Below the pieces are notes generated by a model. That model was not told the origin of the DNA. It was given only the letters and a program-made list of their open reading frames with translations, and did not search any database. From Gaiellaceae bacterium (GTDB lineage Bacteria > Actinomycetota > Thermoleophilia > Gaiellales > Gaiellaceae), in NCBI GenBank assembly GCA_050698015.1, contig JBOHAU010000019.1, positions 12,012 through 76,011 of the forward strand: a DNA stretch of 64,000 bases, given 5' to 3'. How positions within the stretch are numbered: the first letter of the stretch is position 1; the number at the start of each line of letters is the position of its first letter. Positions 26,415-32,915 of the stretch are shown piece after piece. Position numbers and translations under genes: made by a program.

Positions 26415-27182
26415 CTAGTGCCGGGCGCGGGCGACCTCGCCGGCGCTCACCTGGCCACGGGCTCCCTGCGCCGGGTGACGGCCGAGCCGCCAGCGCGCCA
26501 TGTTGGCGAGGAACTCCCAGACCGTGTTGAGGCCGACGTGCGACGCGCCTTCGCCCTTCGGCAAGAACTGAACAGTCACCTCCTCGACGGTCATCCCCGC
26601 GGCCTTCGCCTTCAGCAGGATCTCCGCGTCCGTGAACCAGTCGTCCGTGCGCAGGTCGAGCCGCTCGTAGGCGGCGCGCGTCATCCCCTTAGGCTGGCCG
26701 TTGACGTCCCAGAGTGGGCCGCTTCGAAAGAGCAGTCGGAAGAGGAGGTTGAAACCGAGCGACGTGATCGTGCGGATCGATCCATCCTCACGCATGTGCC
26801 GGCGCCCCTTGACGACATGGGCGCCCGTGGATCGCAGCCGTCGGAACACGTCCAGCACTGCGGGGCCCGGGACCTGGCCGTCGCCGTCCAGGTAGACGAG
26901 GTACCGACCCCTCGTTGCCTCGAGCCCCGACCGCAGGTCCCAGCCCATCGCGCCCTGCTTCGGATCCGCAACCACGACCACGTTCGGATGCCTCTCCGCA
27001 AACGTCTTGGCCTGCTCCGGTGTCGTGTCGCCGGACTCCGGCCAGTAGTTCGCGACCAGGACCAGCTCGTACTGAACGCCTGCCGCCTCGAGCGCGCTGG
27101 AAAGCGGCTCTGCGAAGGCGGCGAGATGCTCCTCCGCCCGGAAGCAGAGGGCCACGACCGACAGCTCGGTAGGCGTTCCCAC
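26415..27182 (-). CDS. GT2 glycosyltransferase, polyprenyl-phosphate (ArnC/DPM1/GtrB-like) class, no obvious TM
   Basis: 255 aa, GTG start, with LSVVALCF, YLDGDGQ (DxD) and FNLLFRLLFRSGPLWDVNGQPKGMTRAAYE, which resembles the acceptor-loop region of Und-P/Dol-P glycosyltransferases. Confidence 0.65.
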   Translation of the reverse strand: MGTPTELSVVALCFRAEEHLAAFAEPLSSALEAAGVQYELVLVANYWPESGDTTPEQAKTFAERHPNVVVVADPKQGAMGWDLRSGLEATRGRYLVYLDGDGQVPGPAVLDVFRRLRSTGAHVVKGRRHMREDGSIRTITSLGFNLLFRLLFRSGPLWDVNGQPKGMTRAAYERLDLRTDDWFTDAEILLKAKAAGMTVEEVTVQFLPKGEGASHVGLNTVWEFLANMARWRLGRHPAQGARGQVSAGEVARARH

Positions 27183-27195
27183 GCGGACTCGCGGA

Positions 27196-27870
27196 CTATA
27201 CGGCGGGCGGTCGGGCGGCCACGTAGTACTGGGCGCCGAGCGGGACGCGGCGAAGCGACCGCTCGAGGGCGACAGCGTGGCTCCGGCGGGACGGTGAGAG
27301 CAGGATGAAGCCCTGCGCGACCGGCGTCAGCTCGGCGGCCTCGAGCAGGCCCTTCATCTCTCGCATCGGGAGCATCCCGACCGAGGCCGACGAGTCGAAG
27401 CGGCGGACGACGATCTGCGTCAGCGGGTTGTACGGGTTGTGCTCGAAGACCGCGACGAGGCCGCCTGCCCGCGTGACCCGGGCGAGCTCCGAGAGGAATG
27501 CGGCCCGCTCGTCCACGGGGATCACCTGGACGACGTTCATGCAGAAGGAGAGGTCGAACGCGCCGTCGTCGAACGGCAGCCGGCCCGGGGCCGCGAGCTC
27601 GAAGCGGACGCCGGGATTCTCGCGGTCGGCGACGACGAGCGCCTCGGCGGACACGTCGGTTCCGGTCAGCGAGTGGAAGCGGTCCCGGAGGTAGGGCACC
27701 GTGAGGCCGATCCCGCAGCCGGCGTCGAGGACGTCCAGCTCGCGGGGATCACCGAGTTGCCGGTCCGCGACGTGAACGAGCTCCGCCGCGCGGGCGCGCG
27801 CGACATAGCGGTGGTCGACGCCCGTGAACGCGACGGCGCGGTCGAGCTCGTCGCGGTAGTGGCTGCTCAC
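27196..27870 (-). CDS. Class I SAM-dependent methyltransferase
   Basis: C-terminal part of track ORF 27196..29091, starting at the GTG at 27870 (GTGA overlap with the upstream stop). Has VLDAGCGIGLTVPYL, GTDVSAEAL, FCMNVVQVI and GGLVAVFEHNPYNP. Confidence 0.8.
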   Translation of the reverse strand: MSSHYRDELDRAVAFTGVDHRYVARARAAELVHVADRQLGDPRELDVLDAGCGIGLTVPYLRDRFHSLTGTDVSAEALVVADRENPGVRFELAAPGRLPFDDGAFDLSFCMNVVQVIPVDERAAFLSELARVTRAGGLVAVFEHNPYNPLTQIVVRRFDSSASVGMLPMREMKGLLEAAELTPVAQGFILLSPSRRSHAVALERSLRRVPLGAQYYVAARPPAV

Positions 27871-28610
27871 AACGCACGCAGCCTCTCGGGATGCTTCCGC
27901 ACGAAGCGGGCGATCCCGCGCCAATGCCACCACGTCCGTCGCGTGAACAATCGCCGGTCGCTCACCGCCTGGTGGACGTGCGCGACCTTCGCCTGGGGGA
28001 CGTACCACCGCTCCCAGCCCGCCTTGGCGGCGCGGTAGGCGAGGTCGATGTCCTCGCCGTAGAGCCGGTAGCCCTCGTCGAAGCCGCCGAGCTCGTCGAG
28101 CATCTCGCGCCGGAGGAGCAGAAAGGCGCCAAGGAGCCAGTCGGCCTGGACGGGCCCGGTCGGACGCTCGTCCAGCCCATAGTGCGCGCGCTGCGTTCCG
28201 CTCAGGAATCGGCGGAGGGGTGTGCGGCGGACGATCGTGCCGCCGACTGTGGGAAAACGGCGTCGTGAGGGGTTGAGCGTCCCGCCTGGGTGGCTGAGCT
28301 CGGGGGCGACGATCCCCGCGCGCGGATGCTCTTCGGCGAAGCGGCTGAGGACGGCGACGGCGTCCGGCTCGGCTTCGGTGTCGGGATTGCAAACGATCAC
28401 GAAGGGCGCACCCGTCTCGGCGATGCCGCGGTTCGCGTTTGCTGCGAAGCCGGCCGGCCGCTCGTTGACGATCACCGGGACCCCTTGCACGACCATGCCG
28501 CCGAGGTTGTCGACGACAACGAGTTCCTCGACCTGCGGGATCAGGGCCTGCAGGCAGCGGGAGAGCTCCGGCACCGGATCGTGGACGACGACGACGGCAG
28601 CGACGCTCAG
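27867..28610 (-). CDS. GT2 family glycosyltransferase
   Basis: Track ORF 27867..28574 (GTG) lacks the first Rossmann strand. In-frame upstream codons read L-SVAAVVVVHDP, starting at the CTG at 28610, which forms a CTGA overlap with the upstream stop. Also VVVDNLGG, GFAANANRG, CNPDTE and RLYGEDIDLAYR. Confidence 0.75.
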   Translation of the reverse strand: MSVAAVVVVHDPVPELSRCLQALIPQVEELVVVDNLGGMVVQGVPVIVNERPAGFAANANRGIAETGAPFVIVCNPDTEAEPDAVAVLSRFAEEHPRAGIVAPELSHPGGTLNPSRRRFPTVGGTIVRRTPLRRFLSGTQRAHYGLDERPTGPVQADWLLGAFLLLRREMLDELGGFDEGYRLYGEDIDLAYRAAKAGWERWYVPQAKVAHVHQAVSDRRLFTRRTWWHWRGIARFVRKHPERLRAL

Positions 28611-29611
28611 AGGAGCTCCCGGTAGACGTCGACCGTTCGGCGGGCAGTCTCCGCCCAGCTGAACTGTGCGGCCCGCTCGAGGCCGGCGGTCCGGAGCTCA
28701 CCTCGCCGCTCGAGCGCGTGGAGGATCGCACCCCCGAGATCGCGCGACTCGGCGTAGACGGCAGCCTCGCCGGCGACCTCCATGAGCGCCGGATCTGGCG
28801 CGGCGACGACGGGTGTCCCGCTCGCCATCGCTTCGAGGACCGGCAGGCCGAAGCCCTCGTAGCGGGAGGGTACGACCAGGCAGGCGGCGGCACGGTAGAG
28901 GTCGGCGAGCTCGCTCTTCCCGACATAGCCGCGGACGTCCGCTCCCCGGTCGCGCAGCTCGGCCGCGAGCGCCGCATCTCGCTCGGGCCCGACGACGACC
29001 AGTCGCATCTGAAGATCCCTGGCTGCCTCGAGCGCAGCGGTCGGGTCCTTCCGCCGCTGTACCGCGCCGACGAACAGGAGGTACCCCGCACGGGGCCCGT
29101 CGTCCGGCGAGAAGACCGGGTCGACGCCGTGCGGAATCACCCTGACCTTCTCGATCGGAATCCGGTAGAGCTCGAGCAGGTCGTCGCGCGTGCGCTCGGA
29201 GACGGCGATTACCCGGTCCGCTCTCCGCGCCGATCGGGGGACGGTTGTCCTGAAGACCAGGCGATCCTTACGGGACATCAGCCGAGGCTCGCGCTCGAAG
29301 GAGAGGTCGTGGACGGTGAGGACGGTGCGGCCCACCGGCCGAAGCGGCAAGGCGTGCTGGTAGTGGCCGACCTTCGGCCCGACGCGGCGCAGCAGTCGCG
29401 GCAGCTTCCACGCCATCCGCAGCTCCTGCGAGCCCACCGAGAGCTCGAGCGCCTCGACGCCGTCCGGAACCCGGCTCGGATGCCGCGTGACGGCTGCGAC
29501 GCGAAGCTCCGGTGCCGCGACGGGCAGCTGCCGCAAGAGGTTCTCGACGTAGGTCTCGTCTCCCGTCCGCTGCCGGCCGAGCACGTCGGCGTCGACCAGT
29601 ACGTCGATCAC
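28607..29611 (-). CDS. GT4 family glycosyltransferase
   Basis: C-terminal part of the 913-aa track ORF, starting at the GTG at 29611 (GTGA overlap). Begins VIDVLVDADVLGRQRTGDETY, and has VHDLSFE, VGAVQRRKD and PSRYEGFGLPVLEAMASGTPVV. Confidence 0.85.
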   Translation of the reverse strand: MIDVLVDADVLGRQRTGDETYVENLLRQLPVAAPELRVAAVTRHPSRVPDGVEALELSVGSQELRMAWKLPRLLRRVGPKVGHYQHALPLRPVGRTVLTVHDLSFEREPRLMSRKDRLVFRTTVPRSARRADRVIAVSERTRDDLLELYRIPIEKVRVIPHGVDPVFSPDDGPRAGYLLFVGAVQRRKDPTAALEAARDLQMRLVVVGPERDAALAAELRDRGADVRGYVGKSELADLYRAAACLVVPSRYEGFGLPVLEAMASGTPVVAAPDPALMEVAGEAAVYAESRDLGGAILHALERRGELRTAGLERAAQFSWAETARRTVDVYRELL

Positions 29612-30582
29612 GCCGCCGCCTCGCGGTAGACCTCGACGGTGGCTTGCGCGGCCGCCTCCCAGGTATAGGCGCGGACGCGCGCCAGGCCCGCCGCGCGTAG
29701 CTCTTCGCGGCGCCGGTCGGCTTCCTCGATGCCTGCCGCGATCGCCTCCACGTCGAGCGGATCGACCAGGACGGCCGCACCGTTCGCGACCTCGGCCGGG
29801 GCCCCGGCGACGCTCGTGATCACCGGCGTCCCGCAGGCCATGGCCTCCAGAACCGGGAGCCCGAAGCCCTCGTAGAGCGACGTGTAGACCAGGCACGTGG
29901 CGCCGCGATAGAGCTCCGCGAGCCGTTCGTCGTCGACTAAGCCGAGCGACTCGACCTCCACGCCGCCCCAGCCGGGCGCGCCGGCGACCCGCAGCTCGAG
30001 CCCGGCCCTTTGCGCCGCGGCGGCGGCGCGCTGGAGGTTCTTGCGCGGCTCGAGCGTGCCGACGGCGAGCGCGTAGTCCCCAGCGGCCGCGGGCCCCTCC
30101 GGCGTGAAGGGCGCCTCGACGCCGTGCGGGATCACGCGGACGCGCTCCTGCTCGAGCGCGAGCAGCTCGATCGCCTCGCGCGCGGTGAACTCCGACACCG
30201 CGATCACGCGGGCTGCGCCACGCGCCAGCCGCGGAAGCACGACCCGGCTGTACGTCCTCGTCCAGCGGTTGAACGTCTCCGGGTGGCGCAGGATGGCGAG
30301 GTCGTGCACGGTCAGGACGAGCGGCACGGACGAGCGCAGCGGGCCCCGGTGCGCGGGGCAGTGGAGGACGTCGACCCCTTCTCGGCGAGCCCGGCGTGGG
30401 AGCGCGCCCAGATACCAGACGGTGTCGCGAACGATCTTGCGGGCGCGCGAGGAGCCGGGCATCGCGTACCGGCGTATATCCACACCTTCGAGCGCTCCCA
30501 GCAGCTTGCGGAGGTACCGCGCAGTCCCGGCCGCCGTCAGCTCGAGCGGTGAAGTGTCGATTCCAACCTTGAGGTCGCGCAT
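29608..30582 (-). CDS. GT4 family glycosyltransferase
   Basis: Track ORF 29608..30687 trimmed to the ATG at 30582. Begins MRDLKVGIDTSPLELTAAGTARY, and has VHDLAILRHP, VGTLEPRKN and TSLYEGFGLPVLEAMACGTPVI. It is the first gene of a 7-gene minus-strand operon (30582 down to 24367). Confidence 0.85.
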   Translation of the reverse strand: MRDLKVGIDTSPLELTAAGTARYLRKLLGALEGVDIRRYAMPGSSRARKIVRDTVWYLGALPRRARREGVDVLHCPAHRGPLRSSVPLVLTVHDLAILRHPETFNRWTRTYSRVVLPRLARGAARVIAVSEFTAREAIELLALEQERVRVIPHGVEAPFTPEGPAAAGDYALAVGTLEPRKNLQRAAAAAQRAGLELRVAGAPGWGGVEVESLGLVDDERLAELYRGATCLVYTSLYEGFGLPVLEAMACGTPVITSVAGAPAEVANGAAVLVDPLDVEAIAAGIEEADRRREELRAAGLARVRAYTWEAAAQATVEVYREAAA

Positions 30583-30595
30583 AGACTGGCCCGCC

Positions 30596-31642
30596 GTGTC
30601 TTCTACACGCTCGACCACGGAGGTGCGGCCGCTGCTCGTCCGCGCCGCTCGGCGTGAGCCGACGACCCGCACGCCGGTGTGGTTCATGCGCCAGGCGGGT
30701 CGGACGCTCCCAGGCTACCGGGAGATCAGGAAGCGCTTCTCGCTCTTCGAGGTCTGCCGGCAGCCGGAACTGTGCGCGCAGGTGACGCTGGAGCCCGTCG
30801 AGGCGCACGGCGTCGACGCCGCGGTGATGTTCGCGGACATCGTGCTCCCCGTCCTCGGAATGGGGATCGACGTCGAGCTGGTCGAAGGCATCGGCCCCGT
30901 GGTTGCCGCGCCGATCGAGTCGCTTGTGGACGTGCGGCGGCTGAGCGTGCCCAACCCCGAAGAGTCCGTCCCCTTCGTGCTCGAGGCCGTGCGTCTGGTG
31001 CGGGACGCCCTCGCCGACGAGAAGGCGCTGATCGGCTTCTGCGGCGGCCCGTTCACCGTCGCCGGCTACCTGATCGAAGGGCGGCCGACCCGCGAGTTCG
31101 CCAAGACGAAGCGCTGCATGTACGGCTCTCCGCAGGTCTGGCACGAGCTGATGGAGCGGCTGAGCGAGACGTTCCTCCGCTACGTGCGCGCCAAGGTCGA
31201 AGCCGGAGCCGACGCGATCCAGGTCTTCGACAGCTGGGTCGGCGCGCTCTCGACTGAGGACTACGAGGAGTTCGTTGCGCCGTACTCGGAGCGGATCCTC
31301 GGCGGCGTGACAGCGCCGACGATCCACTTCGGCACCGGCACCGCGCACCTACTGGAGGCGATGGCCGCGGCGGGCGGCGACGTGATCGGGCTCGACTGGC
31401 GCCTGCCGCTCGACCGGGCTTGGGGACGGGTCGGCTATGACCGCGGCGTCCAGGGCAACCTCGATCCGGCGCTCCTGCTCGGAGCGTGGGAGCGCGTCGA
31501 GGCGGGCGTCGACTCGATCCTCGAGGCGGCCGGAGGACGGCCCGGGCACATCTTCAACCTCGGGCACGGCGTGCTGCCGGACACCGACCCCGCCGTGCTG
31601 CGGCGCGTCCGCGAGCTCGTGCACGAGCGCTCGGCCGCTTGA
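30596..31642 (+). CDS. hemE: Uroporphyrinogen decarboxylase
   Basis: C-terminal part of track ORF 30104..31642. Has TPVWFMRQAGRTLPGYRE, FADIVLP, GFCGGPFT, IQVFDSW and IFNLGHGV. The start is the GTG at 30596 or the GTG at 30623. Confidence 0.9.
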   Translation: MSSTRSTTEVRPLLVRAARREPTTRTPVWFMRQAGRTLPGYREIRKRFSLFEVCRQPELCAQVTLEPVEAHGVDAAVMFADIVLPVLGMGIDVELVEGIGPVVAAPIESLVDVRRLSVPNPEESVPFVLEAVRLVRDALADEKALIGFCGGPFTVAGYLIEGRPTREFAKTKRCMYGSPQVWHELMERLSETFLRYVRAKVEAGADAIQVFDSWVGALSTEDYEEFVAPYSERILGGVTAPTIHFGTGTAHLLEAMAAAGGDVIGLDWRLPLDRAWGRVGYDRGVQGNLDPALLLGAWERVEAGVDSILEAAGGRPGHIFNLGHGVLPDTDPAVLRRVRELVHERSAA

Positions 31643-32514
31643 ACGGCGCAGTCGTCCTCATGGCCTACGGCTCGCCCAGCCGGATCGAGGACATCCGTCC
31701 CTACCTCGAGGACATCCGCGAGGGCCGTCCGGTCTCCGACGCGGCGGTCGAGGAGCTGACGGAGCGCTACCGCCGGATCGGCGGCCGCTCCCCGCTGGAC
31801 GACGTCACCGAGCGCCAGCGCGCAGCGCTCGAGGGCGAGCTCGGCATGCCCGTCTATGTCGGGATGAAGCACTGGCGCCCCCGGATCGCCGAGGCCGTGC
31901 AAGCCGCGCTCGATGCCGGCGCCGAGCTCCTCGTCGGGATCGTCCTTGCGCCCCACTACTCCGCGCTGTCGATCGCCGGCTACCGCAAGCGGCTCGAGCA
32001 AGCCGTGGACGGCCGCGTCGAGGTGCGCTTCGTCGAGAGCTGGCACGACCACGAGCCGTTCATCGGGGTACTCGCCGACCGTGTCCGGGGTGCCGATGCC
32101 CACGTGGTCTTCACCGCGCACTCGCTGCCGGAGCGGATCCTCGCGATGGGCGACCCGTACAAGGACCAGCTGCTCGAGACATCCCGACTGACGGCGGATC
32201 GGGCCGGCATCGAGAGCTGGTCATTCGCGTTTCAGAGCGCGAGCGCAACGGGCGAGCCCTGGCTGGGCCCGGACATCCTCGAAGAGCTGGACGCCCTGCA
32301 CGCGCGCGGCGTCCGCAAGGTTCTCGTCGCTCCCGTCGGGTTCGTCTCCGACCATCTGGAGATCCTCTGGGACCTCGACGTGGAGGCGCGCGAGCGCGCC
32401 GGGGAGCTCGGGCTCGAGCTCGACCGGATCGAGTCGCTCAACGACGACCCGGCGTTCGTCGCCGCGCTCGCCGGGCTGGTGCGACAGACCCTTCGGGTAC
32501 GGTCGGCGGCGTGA
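31639..32514 (+). CDS. hemH: Ferrochelatase (likely coproporphyrin-type CpfC if the host is a high-GC Gram-positive)
   Basis: Track ORF 31486 trimmed to the TTG at 31639 (TTGA overlap with the hemE stop); ATG at 31660 is the alternative. Has VVLMAYGSP, RYRRIGGRSPL, LAPHYSALS, FTAHSLP and VGFVSDHLEILWDLD. Confidence 0.85.
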   Translation: MNGAVVLMAYGSPSRIEDIRPYLEDIREGRPVSDAAVEELTERYRRIGGRSPLDDVTERQRAALEGELGMPVYVGMKHWRPRIAEAVQAALDAGAELLVGIVLAPHYSALSIAGYRKRLEQAVDGRVEVRFVESWHDHEPFIGVLADRVRGADAHVVFTAHSLPERILAMGDPYKDQLLETSRLTADRAGIESWSFAFQSASATGEPWLGPDILEELDALHARGVRKVLVAPVGFVSDHLEILWDLDVEARERAGELGLELDRIESLNDDPAFVAALAGLVRQTLRVRSAA

Positions 32515-32783
32515 CGACTCGAAGCTGCCCTGACTGGCCCCGGCTGCTCGAGATCGCGCCGGATCTCCACTTCAAGCACTACATGGCCGGTGAGGCGCAG
32601 CTGCCGGCCGAAGCGCTGGCGAGTCTCCCCGGAGTCGCGCTCGACTCGGCCGAGCTTTGCGCGGATCTCGACCACAACGTCTTCAACCCGGAGCACACCG
32701 ACGAGCGGATCGCGGAGGCGCTGCGTGCGACGCACTGGTTCGACCTCCGCGAGTGGATCACGTCCGGTCCGGGCGCGGCCTAA
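32511..32783 (+). CDS. Hypothetical 90-aa protein translationally coupled to hemH
   Basis: Tail of track ORF 31437..32783. The GTG at 32511 forms a GTGA overlap with the hemH stop. Composition is balanced and protein-like (VTTRSCPDWPRLLEIAPDLHFKHYMAGEAQLPAEALASLPGVALDSAELCADLDHNVFNPEHTDERIAEALRATHWFDLREWITSGPGAA). No family recognised. Confidence 0.5.
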   Translation: MTTRSCPDWPRLLEIAPDLHFKHYMAGEAQLPAEALASLPGVALDSAELCADLDHNVFNPEHTDERIAEALRATHWFDLREWITSGPGAA

Positions 32784-32788
32784 GGGCC

Positions 32789-32898
32789 CAAGGGGTCAGA
32801 CCCCCTTGAGGGACCTTGAGGGTTGGACACACTTCCGTGACGAAAGCTCAACCACCCTCAACGGGGTCTGACCCCGTTGAGGCGAGTTGAGGGTTGGG
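32789..32898. repeat. Structured intergenic repeat cluster: two mutually inverted hairpins with GGGGTC(A/T)GACCCC cores plus five copies of the heptamer TTGAGGG/CCCTCAA, two pairs at 10-nt spacing
   Basis: Hairpin 1 at 32790-32807 (AAGGGG-TCAGAC-CCCCTT). Hairpin 2 at 32856-32882 (CCTCAACGGGG-TCTGA-CCCCGTTGAGG). TTGAGGG at 32806, 32816 and 32887, TTGAGGC at 32877, CCCTCAA at 32855. TTGAGGGTTGG occurs twice (32816, 32887). Lies between convergent genes. Confidence 0.8.
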
Positions 32899-32915
32899 CC
32901 CGCGGCGTAACCTGA

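Noticed and set aside
25437-27308. 623-aa plus-strand ORF across the SDR/GT2 region
   Set aside because: It is antisense to two well-supported minus-strand genes. The composition is dominated by Arg, Asp, Glu, Pro and Val with no motifs, so it is a shadow ORF.
28607-31348. 913-aa ORF on the minus strand that could be read as one giant protein
   Set aside because: It is a concatenation. Only the last 334 aa (28607-29611) form a GT4 protein. Upstream of that, the frame runs as Arg/Pro/Gly-rich shadow across a separately framed GT4 (29608-30582) and antisense to hemE. The internal GTGA junction at 29608-29611 marks the real gene boundary.
31639-32514. Fe-S cluster-bearing actinobacterial-type ferrochelatase C-terminal extension
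   Set aside because: The protein ends at about 291 aa without a Cys-rich tail, and the following 90-aa ORF has only two Cys. There is no support for a split [2Fe-2S] domain.
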